Assembly (NCBI GenBank): GCA_036679645.1
Contig: JAZDCY010000007.1
Location: 1 to 51,103, forward strand
Origin: Gemmatimonadota bacterium
Lineage (GTDB): Bacteria > Gemmatimonadota > Gemmatimonadetes > Gemmatimonadales > GWC2-71-9
Reading direction: 5' to 3'
Length of the DNA stretch: 51,103 nt
The translations under genes and the position numbers were made by a program. Below are positions 8,271-17,417 of this stretch, one piece after another. The notes beneath the pieces were generated by a model that was given only the letters and a program-made list of their open reading frames with translations, searched no databases and had not been told where the DNA came from. Position 1 is the first letter of the stretch, and the number at the start of each line of letters is the position of its first letter.

Positions 8271-9899
8271 GTGATCGGACACCGAACGCGCGCCGGCATG
8301 ATCAGCGTGGTCGGCTTGACTCTCGCAGTCGCTCCACTGCTCCAGCATCGCATCGACCCACCGCTCCCTCTCATCCCTTACCCCGCATCGGTCGAACGCC
8401 TCAACAGCTCCTTCGCCATACCCGATACCCTGACGACATACATCTCTACCCCGACCGATCCGGCACTTGCTCGGCTCGCCGCTCTGGCAGGTGAGGTAAT
8501 GCAAGCGGAGATGATTCGCACGAACCATCAGGCAGATGCCGGTCTTCAACTGCGGCTCGTCGATGACTTCCGCGATCCCGATCCCGAAGGCTACGAGCTC
8601 GAGATTGGTACCGAGCGTGTCGTCATCAGGGCGAGTGCGACAGCCGGTCTCTTCTATGGAATACAGACGCTGCGCCAGTTGCTGCCAGAGGACGGGTCAC
8701 GCGAGTTGCCCGGGGTGCGTATCGCAGACTCGCCCCGCTTCACCTATCGCGGAATGCACCTCGATATTGCTCGTCATTTCTTTGATGTCAATGTGGTCAA
8801 GCGATACGTCGACCTCATCTCGATGCATAAGTTCAACGTCTTCCACTGGCATCTCACCGAGGACCAGGGCTGGCGCATCGAGATCAAGAAGTATCCCTTG
8901 CTCACCGAGGTCGGCTCGCGGCGCGCGGAGACGATCGTAGAGAAGAACTTCGATCCGTTCGTCGGGGACGGGACACCATACGGCGGGTTCTACACGCAGG
9001 ACGAGATCCGCGAGGTCGTCTCCTACGCCGCCGAGCGATACGTCACCGTGATTCCCGAGATCGAGATGCCCGGCCACTCGCTCGCCGCGCTGGCGTCGTA
9101 TCCGGAACTGGCCTGTACGGAAGGGCCGTTCGAGGTCGGCACGCGGTGGGGTGTGTACGAGGACATCTATTGCCCCAGCGAGCGCACATTCGCGTTTCTG
9201 CAAGATGTGCTCGCCGAGGTGCTCGAGCTGTTCCCGAGTCGCTACATCCACATAGGCGGCGACGAGGCACCCAAGGCGCGCTGGCGGGAGAGCGCGCTGG
9301 CTCAAGAGGTGATGGAGCGCGAGGGACTCGGCGACGAGGGCGAACTGCAAAGCTACTTCATCCGGCGGATGGAGCGGTGGCTGATTGCGCACGGCCGGCG
9401 CCTGATCGGCTGGGACGAGATTCTCGAGGGCGGCTTGGCGCCCGAGGCAACGGTGATGTCGTGGCGCGGCATGGACGGCGGCATCGCGGCCGCGCGGCAG
9501 GGACACGATGTGATCATGACGCCGGGCTCGCATGTGTATTTCGATCACTACCAGGGCGATCGCGAATCGGAGCCACTCGCCATTGGCGGGTTCACGCCGC
9601 TCGAGAAAGTGTATTCCTTCGAACCGGTCCCGGACGTGCTGTCCGCGACAGAGGCAGAGCACATCCTGGGTGCCCAAGGTAACGTGTGGACGGAGTACAT
9701 CGCGACGCCCGAACACCTCGAGTACATGGCGTTCCCCAGGGCGCTCGCGCTGGCAGAGGTCGTGTGGTCACCGCGGCACCTGCGAGATTGGAGGAGCTTC
9801 CGGGTGCGTCTCTCTTCGCGTCTCGCCGAGCTGGCGCGACTGGGTGTGAACTACCGCGAGCCACCGGAAGAAGAGCTGGCCGGTGGTGCACGGCCGTGA
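8271..9899 (+). CDS. Beta-N-acetylhexosaminidase, glycoside hydrolase family 20
   Basis: RGMHLDIARHF, HWHLTEDQGWR, IPEIEMPGH and catalytic HIGGDE motifs; hydrophobic N-terminus. Start could instead be ATG 8298. Confidence 0.93.
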   Translation: MIGHRTRAGMISVVGLTLAVAPLLQHRIDPPLPLIPYPASVERLNSSFAIPDTLTTYISTPTDPALARLAALAGEVMQAEMIRTNHQADAGLQLRLVDDFRDPDPEGYELEIGTERVVIRASATAGLFYGIQTLRQLLPEDGSRELPGVRIADSPRFTYRGMHLDIARHFFDVNVVKRYVDLISMHKFNVFHWHLTEDQGWRIEIKKYPLLTEVGSRRAETIVEKNFDPFVGDGTPYGGFYTQDEIREVVSYAAERYVTVIPEIEMPGHSLAALASYPELACTEGPFEVGTRWGVYEDIYCPSERTFAFLQDVLAEVLELFPSRYIHIGGDEAPKARWRESALAQEVMEREGLGDEGELQSYFIRRMERWLIAHGRRLIGWDEILEGGLAPEATVMSWRGMDGGIAAARQGHDVIMTPGSHVYFDHYQGDRESEPLAIGGFTPLEKVYSFEPVPDVLSATEAEHILGAQGNVWTEYIATPEHLEYMAFPRALALAEVVWSPRHLRDWRSFRVRLSSRLAELARLGVNYREPPEEELAGGARP

Positions 9900-9927
9900 T
9901 CGCTCATGGGATCGACTCTCGGCACCT

Positions 9928-10030
9928 GACGATTTGCGATTGCCAATTTGCGATCGGCGATTGGCGAATGCGGCAGGTCAGACCACCAATCGCAGATCGT
10001 ACATCGCCAATCGTCAATCGCCGATCGTCC
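9928..10030. repeat. Heptamer inverted-repeat hairpin
   Basis: gacgatttgcgattgccaatttgcgatcggcgattggcgaat ... caatcgcagatcgtacatcgccaatcgtcaatcgccgatcgtc. Confidence 0.75.
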
Positions 10031-10081
10031 CGACGCGTTGAGGTCACATGAACGGAATGATTCCTTGGTGGGAGGCAATCC

Positions 10082-10525
10082 ATGGGTCGCCTGATTAGTA
10101 GTGTCGTACTCGGATACATCGTCATTTTCGCGGCGGTCTTCGGTCTGATGTCGGCGGCGTGGTTCGCTATTGGCGCTGACCGCGCGCTCCAACCGGGCAC
10201 GTGGGACATCTCGGGTCTGTGGATTGGGATATCGATCCCTGTCGGCTTGGCCGCTGGGGTTGCCGCAGGCTATGTGTGTGCCGCGGTTGCCAAAGATATG
10301 CGCGGGCCGCTGTGGCTCATTGGTCTCGTCGTTGTCCTGGGCCTCGTGCTCGCGGTGATGGTGGGCGTTGAGGAGGCAACGACCGGACCACGCCCCGATG
10401 ACGTGGCGATGTTCGACGCAGTGTCCAAGTCTCTTCAACCCGTATGGATGGCGTACCTGAATCCGGTGCTGGGGGCGGTTGGGGTGTTTGTGGGGGCTCG
10501 GCTCAGGTCTGGCAATAGTGTCTGA
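10082..10525 (+). CDS. Hypothetical integral membrane protein (about 4 TM)
   Basis: ggagg RBS upstream of the ATG; four hydrophobic segments. Confidence 0.75.
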   Translation: MGRLISSVVLGYIVIFAAVFGLMSAAWFAIGADRALQPGTWDISGLWIGISIPVGLAAGVAAGYVCAAVAKDMRGPLWLIGLVVVLGLVLAVMVGVEEATTGPRPDDVAMFDAVSKSLQPVWMAYLNPVLGAVGVFVGARLRSGNSV

Positions 10526-10536
10526 CGGGACTGAGA

Positions 10537-10636
10537 GCGATTTGCGATTGACGATTTGCGGTCTGCAATCGGCGATTGATAACGGGGCGGCGCCAATTGC
10601 AAATCGCCGATCGGCAATCGCCAATCGCCAATCGTC
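10537..10636. repeat. Heptamer inverted-repeat hairpin ending at the next start codon
   Basis: gcgatttgcgattgacgatttgcg ... aaatcgccgatcggcaatcgccaatcgccaatcgtc-ATG. Confidence 0.75.
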
Positions 10637-11056
10637 ATGACCGAGAAGGCGATTGAGGTCGGGGACCGAGCAACCCGCTCACTTACGGTGACGGCGGATC
10701 ACGTCAAACAATTCGCCGCAATCACCGGCGACTACAATCCGCTGCACTTCGACGACGACTTCGCATCGCGGACGAAGTTCGGGCGGCTCGTAGCTCAGGG
10801 TGGGATTACGACCGGACTGCTTCACGCCCTCGTTGCCATGGATCTCCCCGGACCCGGTACGGTGTTCTTGAGCCAGAACTGGAAGTTCACCGCACCGGTC
10901 TTCATCGGGGACACTATCATCGCCGAGGCCACAGTGGTGAGCGTCCACGAGTCGAAGCCGGTGACGCAGCTCTCGATGAAGGTGACTCGCCAGGATGGGA
11001 GTGTGGTGCTAGAGGGCGAGGCGTGGTGCTATACGATGATTCCAAACCCCGAATAG
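10637..11056 (+). CDS. MaoC/PhaJ-family (hotdog fold) dehydratase
   Basis: FAAITGDYNPLHFD hydratase motif; F.APVFIGDT. Confidence 0.9.
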   Translation: MTEKAIEVGDRATRSLTVTADHVKQFAAITGDYNPLHFDDDFASRTKFGRLVAQGGITTGLLHALVAMDLPGPGTVFLSQNWKFTAPVFIGDTIIAEATVVSVHESKPVTQLSMKVTRQDGSVVLEGEAWCYTMIPNPE

Positions 11057-11060
11057 CGCC

Positions 11061-12270
11061 ATGCACGATCGGCTGTTGCGAATCACGGCGCTCACACTCC
11101 TTTCCACGGTCATGGCGTGCAGCGACGCACCGCCACGGTCGGCTGTCAGCGTCCGCGACAGTGCGGGGATCGCCATCGTCGAGAATAGAGTCGCCTCTTG
11201 GGGGAACGATGATGCCTGGAGCGTATCACCAGACGCACGCATCCGGATTGGTGTGGCGGACGGCGATCTCCCCTACCAGCTCTTTCGCGTCGCGGGGGCC
11301 ACGCGTCTGTCGGACGGCCGGATCGTGGTGGCCAACGGTGGCACGGGAGAACTGCGATTCTACGCCAGCAGCGGTGTGCACCTGCGAAGCGTGGGGCGAC
11401 CGGGTGAAGGACCGGGAGAGTTCCGGTTGCTGTCGCGGTTGTGGCGCGACGAGCACGACTCCCTGTACGCGTGGGACCGCACCCTAGGACGGCTGTCGAT
11501 TTTCGACGGGGTCGGCCGGCTCGCCCGAACGGTACGTCTGCATGTCCCGGTAGGACGGATCGCCCCAAGAAATCGTGGGCCGGTTCGCCGACGGTTCGTT
11601 CGCGACAATGGGCAGCACCGGCTCGTTTGAAGGCGGAGGATCTGAGATCGTTTCGTACCCGCATCATTTCAACCGATTCTCCGCGGACGGCGACTTCCTT
11701 TCCGATTTCATATCCGTTCGCGGTGTGGTGTGGTACGGCTTCGGTGTAGGTGATCAGCACGAGTACTGGATGGTGCCATTCATGCCGGAGCCGCGCTGGG
11801 CCATGGGGACCGGACTTTTTGTAGGGACCGGCGCGTCGTTTGAGGTCGCGGTCTACCAGCCTGATGAGGGGCTGACCCGAATTATTCTCGGTCCCGCAAT
11901 CGACCGAGACCTAGGTGATGCGGTTGTACAACAGTACGGCGAGGAGTTGTTGGCAGACGCCGCCGACGATAGCGAGCGACGTCAGATCGAACAGTTTCTC
12001 GCGAACGCGCTTTTCGCGCGACAGTTCCCTGCGTTCGGTAACATCCGGGTGGACGCCATCGGCGACCTGTGGGTCGAGAGTTACCATGTGTCGGGGGAGG
12101 CCCAACCAGAGTGGTTTGTCTTCGATACAAACGGTCGTTGGCTCGGGACCGTCCGGACACCGCGAGGCTTGCGCGTGCTCGAGATTGGTGAGCACCACAT
12201 GATGGGCGTAGCATATGATGAGTTCGGGATCGAACAGGTCGTGCTCTATGACCTACTTCGCTCTCCGTAA
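11061..12270 (+). pseudogene. 6-bladed beta-propeller-type lipoprotein split by a +1 frameshift (or a sequence error)
   Basis: ORF 11061-11630 has a lipobox (VMAC) and GRPGEGPGEF. ORF 11575-12270 supplies the typical C-terminus (VDAIGDLWV, VFDTNGRWLG, DEFGIEQV). Frame change lies between 11554 and about 11574. Confidence 0.75.
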
Positions 12271-12413
12271 TGGACTCTGTGTCCAGTCAGCGACGGTCCC
12301 GCTGTCCGGGCAGCCCAAGCCCTCCCCGCGCCACACGGTAGGCGGTACCTTATACGACGACCGTGGTGCCGGAAGTTGAAGAGTACGCTTGGGTGAGCCA
12401 AAGGAGACTCCGA

Positions 12414-12854
12414 ATGTCAGGTCAGGGTACGCAGACCATCACGACCCATCGCCGGTGGGTTCCCATGTATCATTTCGTGGCGTCGTCGCTGTTACTGCTC
12501 AATCTTGGCTACGCTGTCTCGATACTGATCCGAGGGGTCAGCTTCGGAAACGTGGTGCAGGTCACGACGGCATTTACGCTGCTGCTGTTGTTCTTCTTTC
12601 TCCGCGCGTTTCCGACCACTGCGCAGAATCGCCTCATCCGGCTCGAGGAACGGCTGCGAATGGCCCGGCTCTTTCCAGATGACATGCAGTCGAAGATCGA
12701 GAGCTTCACTGTGGGTCAGTTGGTCGGTCTACGGTTTGCCGGCGACGCGGAATTGCCGGCGTTGGCGAAGCGTGTGCTCGACGAGGGCATCACGAAGGGC
12801 GAAGAGATCAAGAAACTGATCACCGAGTGGCGGCCGGACGAGGTGCGGGTTTGA
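12414..12854 (+). CDS. Small membrane protein, DUF6526-like
   Basis: aaggag RBS at 12401; HRRWVPMYHFV, two TM helices, QNRLIRLEERLR, LRFA.D.EL. Family assigned from memory of the motif pattern. Confidence 0.75.
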   Translation: MSGQGTQTITTHRRWVPMYHFVASSLLLLNLGYAVSILIRGVSFGNVVQVTTAFTLLLLFFFLRAFPTTAQNRLIRLEERLRMARLFPDDMQSKIESFTVGQLVGLRFAGDAELPALAKRVLDEGITKGEEIKKLITEWRPDEVRV

Positions 12855-12881
12855 GAATGCAGAGTGCAGAGTGACAGAACA

Positions 12882-12963
12882 GCGGCCGCGGATGATCGAT
12901 ACGAACGCGGATCATTCCCGTGCGCCGGTGTTCGCCGAGACACTGAAATGCATCCGCGGCCGC
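12882..12963. repeat. Inverted-repeat element directly upstream of kinase 4
   Basis: gcggccgcggatg (12882-12894) and catccgcggccgc (12951-12963) form a perfect 13-bp IR; related copy at 21582-21680. Confidence 0.85.
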
Positions 12964-12967
12964 AACC

Positions 12968-15592
12968 ATGAGTGACGTAGCGGAGCGTCTATCTACGGCC
13001 GTCGCCGATCGCTACGAGATCGAGCGCGAACTAGGCGCCGGCGGCATGGCCACCGTCTATCTCGCACACGACGTCAAGCACGACCGCAAGGTCGCGCTCA
13101 AGGTGTTGCGCCCCGAGTTGGCGGCCGTGATCGGCGCCGAGCGGTTCTTGCAGGAGATCAAGGTCACGGCCAACCTGCAGCACCCGCACATTCTCGCATT
13201 GCACGACTCGGGTGAGGCCGACGGCTTCCTGTTTTACGTTATGCCGTTCGTGGACGGCGAGAACCTGCGCGACAAGCTCGATCGCGAGAAGCAGTTGTCG
13301 ATTGAAGATGCGGTCGGGATCACGCAGGCAATTGGCAGCGCACTCGAGTACGCGCACGAGCGCGGCGTGATCCATCGCGACATCAAGCCCGAGAACATCC
13401 TCATCCATGCGGGCCAACCCGTCGTTGCCGATTTCGGAATCGCCCTTGCGGTGAGTGCCGCCGGTGGCACGCGACTCACGGAAACGGGTCTCTCGCTCGG
13501 CACACCGCACTACATGAGTCCTGAGCAGGCCATGGGCGATCGCGAACTGGATGCCCGCAGCGACATCTACTCGCTCGGCTGCATGGTATACGAGATGCTC
13601 GTGGGCGAGCCGCCGTATACAGGGCCCACGGCGCAGGCGATCGTCGCAAAAGTCATTACCGAAGAGCCACGGCAGTTGACGTTGCTGCGCCGGACGGTGC
13701 CGCCGCACGTCGAGGCCGCGGTGCACAAGAGCCTCCAGAAGCTCCCGGCCGACCGGTTCGATTCCGCGGCGAACTTCATCGATGCGTTGACCAATCCCGC
13801 CTTCGCCACGGCGATTACGCCGGCTGGCAAGGCATGGTTGACCGGCGTCCTCGGCCTGGTGGCGCTCGTGGCCGTAGCCCTCGCGCTCTGGGGCTGGCTG
13901 CGACCCATCCCGGCGCCTGTTACGCGCGTCAGCATTTCGCTGCCGGAGGAGGAAGCGTTGCAACCCGCCCCCACCATCCGTTTCGTCCTGAGCCGCGATG
14001 GATCCCGGGTCGTCTACACGGGTCCCGGGGACAACGGCCACCAGCTGTGGGTGCGCGAGCTGGACGCGCTGCGCGCCCGGCCTCTGCCGGGGACCGACGA
14101 CGCGCAGGCGCTCTCGCTCTCACCTGACGGCATGTCGGTGGCGTTTACCGATGCCAATGCCGGCAGCCTCCGAGTCGTCCCGATCGACGGCGGGCCGGCG
14201 CGCACGATCGTGAACGAGGCGGTGAGCCCCTGGGGCACCGACTGGGGTAGCGACGGCATGATCTACTTCAGTGGCCAGAACGGCGGGCTGCGGCGCGTCC
14301 CGGCAGATGGCGGGCCGGTGGAGGCGCTGAGCGAGCCGGATTCCGCGCGCGGGATCTCGGAGCACGACTGGCCACAACTCCTCCCTGGGGCGCGGGCCGC
14401 GCTAGTGGCCGAGTGGCGTGGCGCGGTGTCCGACGTAGTGATCAGCGCCGTCGTGCTCGAAACGGGCGAGGTGCGACCCATAGCAGATGCGGTCTATGCG
14501 CGCTTCCTGGAGCCCAACCACCTAATCCTCGCCACGAGCGACGGAACGCTCAGCGTGGCGCCGTTCGACGTCGAGCGGCTCGAGCTGACGGGTCCCCCAC
14601 GCGCGATCGTCGAGGGCATCCGCATCGAGAGCAACAGCGGGGCGGCAGAGTTCTCCGTGTCAGGATCCGGAACCCTCATCTACCAGGGCGGCAGCGCCAT
14701 AAAGAATGAAGTGGTCTGGATCGACCGTGAGGGCACGTCAACGCCCATGGACTCGACGTGGCGGGCGGACATCGGCACGTTGGCGCTTTCGCCCGACGGC
14801 ACACGGTTGGCCGTAAGCATCATCGACACGGAAGGGGAGCATATCTGGGTAAAGCAGCTCGACCGTGGGCCACTGACTCGGCTCACCTTCGACGGGGGTC
14901 AGAACTATCGTCCCGCCTGGAGCGTGGACGGACGGGACATCGTCTTCCTGAGCAACCGGACCACAGGGCAACGCGAGATCTGGATCAAGCGGGCGGACGG
15001 CAGCGCACCGGCCGAACTCTTGATCCACGATGTCAGGCCGCTCGACGAGGTAGAGCCCGTCGGCGATGGGGAGTCATTCGTGTTTCGACGTGGCAGCGGC
15101 GGGGTCAATACTCGCGACCTGGCGGTGATCCGGCCCGGCATCGATACGGTGGCGACCTCATTGGTCGAGACGCGCTTTGACGACTATGCCCCGGCGCTGT
15201 CGCCGGACGGGCGGTGGCTGGCGTACGTCGCCAACGAATCCGGGAGCCAGGATGTGTACGTACGTCCGTTCCCGGAGACGGCGAGCGCGCGGTGGCAGGT
15301 GTCTGTGGGCGGTGGGTCCGAGCCTCTATGGGCGCCGAGTGGTCGTGAACTCTTCTACCGCACGCGGAGCGGCGGCGTGATGGCGGTCGCGGTCACGCCG
15401 GGTCCAACGTTTGCTTACGGGACACCTCAGCTGTTGTTCAGCGACCCCGGGTACGAGACGCACCTGTACCACTCGCTTTGGGACGTGTCCTCGAACGGTG
15501 AGCGATTTGTCATGGTGCGTCGTGAAGGGGCGGAGCGGTCGGACCTGGTGCTCGTGCTGAATTGGCGGCAGGAGCTGGAGAGAGCGAGATGA
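12968..15592 (+). CDS. Membrane Ser/Thr protein kinase with TolB/PD40-like propeller; paralog 4
   Basis: GAGGMATV, HRDIKPEN, DFG, GTPHYMSPEQ; TM helix; SPDG repeats. Confidence 0.93.
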   Translation: MSDVAERLSTAVADRYEIERELGAGGMATVYLAHDVKHDRKVALKVLRPELAAVIGAERFLQEIKVTANLQHPHILALHDSGEADGFLFYVMPFVDGENLRDKLDREKQLSIEDAVGITQAIGSALEYAHERGVIHRDIKPENILIHAGQPVVADFGIALAVSAAGGTRLTETGLSLGTPHYMSPEQAMGDRELDARSDIYSLGCMVYEMLVGEPPYTGPTAQAIVAKVITEEPRQLTLLRRTVPPHVEAAVHKSLQKLPADRFDSAANFIDALTNPAFATAITPAGKAWLTGVLGLVALVAVALALWGWLRPIPAPVTRVSISLPEEEALQPAPTIRFVLSRDGSRVVYTGPGDNGHQLWVRELDALRARPLPGTDDAQALSLSPDGMSVAFTDANAGSLRVVPIDGGPARTIVNEAVSPWGTDWGSDGMIYFSGQNGGLRRVPADGGPVEALSEPDSARGISEHDWPQLLPGARAALVAEWRGAVSDVVISAVVLETGEVRPIADAVYARFLEPNHLILATSDGTLSVAPFDVERLELTGPPRAIVEGIRIESNSGAAEFSVSGSGTLIYQGGSAIKNEVVWIDREGTSTPMDSTWRADIGTLALSPDGTRLAVSIIDTEGEHIWVKQLDRGPLTRLTFDGGQNYRPAWSVDGRDIVFLSNRTTGQREIWIKRADGSAPAELLIHDVRPLDEVEPVGDGESFVFRRGSGGVNTRDLAVIRPGIDTVATSLVETRFDDYAPALSPDGRWLAYVANESGSQDVYVRPFPETASARWQVSVGGGSEPLWAPSGRELFYRTRSGGVMAVAVTPGPTFAYGTPQLLFSDPGYETHLYHSLWDVSSNGERFVMVRREGAERSDLVLVLNWRQELERAR

Positions 15593-15657
15593 GTGCAGAG
15601 TGCAGAACGATTGACCTAATCTGCAATCTGCAATCTGCAATCAGTAATCTGCAATCC
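15591..15657. repeat. Heptamer tandem runs (GAGTGCA, AATCTGC)
   Basis: gagtgcagagtgcagaac ... aatctgcaatctgcaatctgcaatcagtaatctgcaatcc. Confidence 0.75.
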
Positions 15658-15725
15658 TTATGTTGTGGATGAGACCAGGCACCACTGGAACATTGCTGCC
15701 CTCTGAGGCTATGATTAGCCGTCAC

Positions 15726-16073
15726 ATGTCGGGTACTACTCGTTTCCCGTCTCCCCGCCGTCGCGCGGGTGGCATTGCGGTCGGGCTGTTCTACCTGTTC
15801 ACCGCCGCGGTCCTTCCCACGCTCCACGCCGAAACCGAGGGCCTGCTCGGCACGCCTCACGTCGAGGACGGCCACTCCGCCCAGTGCGACCGAATCCATG
15901 ATGACGCAAGCTGCCCGGTCACCGGTGCGTTCCGCTCGGTCGCGCCTGCCCGCACACCGGTCATACGTGCCGAGAACGAGCTTCTGGTTGCTGCGCCCCC
16001 CGCAACGTGGCATCGTCCGCCCACCACCCCGGAGACCGGCCCTCCCGCCGCTCGCGGACCGCCGCCGGCCTGA
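15726..16073 (+). CDS. Putative metal-responsive leader / ribosome-arrest peptide (DUF2946/CruR-like architecture)
   Basis: N-terminal hydrophobic helix (IAVGLFYLFTAAVLPTLH), His/Cys cluster HVEDGHSAQCDRIHDDASCPV, Pro-rich linker, C-terminal ARGPPPA-stop; lies directly before a metal-uptake operon. Confidence 0.7.
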   Translation: MSGTTRFPSPRRRAGGIAVGLFYLFTAAVLPTLHAETEGLLGTPHVEDGHSAQCDRIHDDASCPVTGAFRSVAPARTPVIRAENELLVAAPPATWHRPPTTPETGPPAARGPPPA

Positions 16074-16150
16074 TCCCACACAGATGTAACTCTCACGCCG
16101 ATGTCCCACTGGGCCATCGGTCGGCGTGCCATGTGTTTGGATCAGGAAGG
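16069..16150 (+). promoter_or_regulatory. Predicted mRNA hairpin pairing the leader stop region with the SD of the next gene
   Basis: cctgatcc (16069-76) pairs with ggatcagg (16139-46); acaca (16078-82) with tgtgt (16132-36); cacgccga (16094-101) with tcggcgtg (16121-28). SD aggaagg is at 16144-16150. Confidence 0.6.
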
Positions 16151-16154
16151 TATT

Positions 16155-17417
16155 ATGCGAATAACCGGTTTCATGCCGTTGCTGCTCGGGATCGCCCTTG
16201 TGCACCCGATCGCGGCGTCGGCCCAGCAGCAGCCCCGTACGCGCGCGGACTCGCTCGAGTTGGAGATCCAGCGGCTCAAGGCTCGTATGGACTCGCTCGA
16301 GCAAGCCATCCAGCGGCTGCTGGCTCAGGGTCAGGACACCGCCACTGCGGGTGACGAGTTGGCAGCGCTCCGAGCCCGCGCCCGGGTTGCGGCGGGCCCA
16401 CGTGACACTACCAGACGTACCCCGCAGCCGAGCGTGTCCCGGACGCGCAACCTCAATCGACTGAATCCCGAGATTAGCATGACCGGCGACGTGCGGCTCC
16501 AATCGAATCCGGATATGGCGGCGGAAGACAACGTCGCAGTACGCGAGTTCGAGTTCAGTATCCAATCCGTGCTCGATCCGTTTGCCAGCACGAAGGTCTT
16601 TCTCACCTTCGAGGACGGCGCGATCGATCTGGAGGAGGGGTATCTCTACTGGACTGGCCTGCCGGGGCACTTGCGCGTGGATCTCGGTCGCCTGCGACAG
16701 CAGGTTGGTGAGCTGAATCGCTTTCACCTGCACGCGCTTCCGGAGACGGAGTACCCGCTCGTCTATCGCGAGTATTTTGGCGAGGAAGGGTTGATCGGTG
16801 ATGGACTGCGGGTGTTCTGGCTCGTACCCACGAGCGGCGTGTTCGGCGTCCAGGAACTCACGCTCGAGGGAACGGTCGGGAACAACGAAGTCCTCTTCGA
16901 TGGTGGCAACCGGGCGTCGATCCTCGGCCACCTCAACAACTTCTTCGAACTGTCACCTGCGGTCTTCGTCCAGGTTGGGGGAACGGCCGTATATGGCAAG
17001 AACCCCGATATCGATCTCGAGACGCTGCTCGTGGGCGGGGACGTACGGGTGTCGTGGCGTCCGCCGTCGCAGGCGCAGTACCGCTCGTTCACGTTGCGCG
17101 CCGAGGGATACTTCCTCGACAGGGAATTCGCTGGTCTTGGCGACGCGCGGTTCGGGGGCTTCCTCGGTGCCGAGTACCAAGTCAGCCAGCGGCTGTTCTT
17201 GGGGACGCGCGCAGACTACGTCGAGCCCATCGTCGGTGATCGGGCCACGTGGGGGATCGCACCCCATCTCACATGGTGGCAGAGTGAGTGGGCGTATCTC
17301 CGTGCGGAATGGCAACACGAGCAAGTTCCCGCCCTCGGTGGCGGCCGTGATGGGCAAGACAGACTCTCGCTGCAGGTCGTCTGGGCGGTGGGTCCCCACA
17401 AACACGAGACATACTAA
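16155..17417 (+). CDS. Outer-membrane beta-barrel protein of the metal (Zn)-uptake-associated type
   Basis: Signal peptide, N-terminal coiled coil, NPEISMTGD, RFHLHALP, alternating aromatic beta strands, His-containing C-terminus GPHKHETY; aggaagg RBS. Confidence 0.75.
   Translation: MRITGFMPLLLGIALVHPIAASAQQQPRTRADSLELEIQRLKARMDSLEQAIQRLLAQGQDTATAGDELAALRARARVAAGPRDTTRRTPQPSVSRTRNLNRLNPEISMTGDVRLQSNPDMAAEDNVAVREFEFSIQSVLDPFASTKVFLTFEDGAIDLEEGYLYWTGLPGHLRVDLGRLRQQVGELNRFHLHALPETEYPLVYREYFGEEGLIGDGLRVFWLVPTSGVFGVQELTLEGTVGNNEVLFDGGNRASILGHLNNFFELSPAVFVQVGGTAVYGKNPDIDLETLLVGGDVRVSWRPPSQAQYRSFTLRAEGYFLDREFAGLGDARFGGFLGAEYQVSQRLFLGTRADYVEPIVGDRATWGIAPHLTWWQSEWAYLRAEWQHEQVPALGGGRDGQDRLSLQVVWAVGPHKHETY

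Noticed and set aside
15660..15725. Zur/Fur box or sigma70 promoter for the metal operon
   Set aside because: TATGAT at 15710-15715 looks like a -10 element, but no properly spaced -35 or convincing AT-rich palindrome is visible.
15510..16931. 473-aa antisense ORF and the many other long shadow ORFs (e.g. 13031-14041, 21530-22603, 30406-31719, 36822-38099)
   Set aside because: They overlap well-supported genes on the opposite strand, lack motifs and are expected in high-GC DNA.
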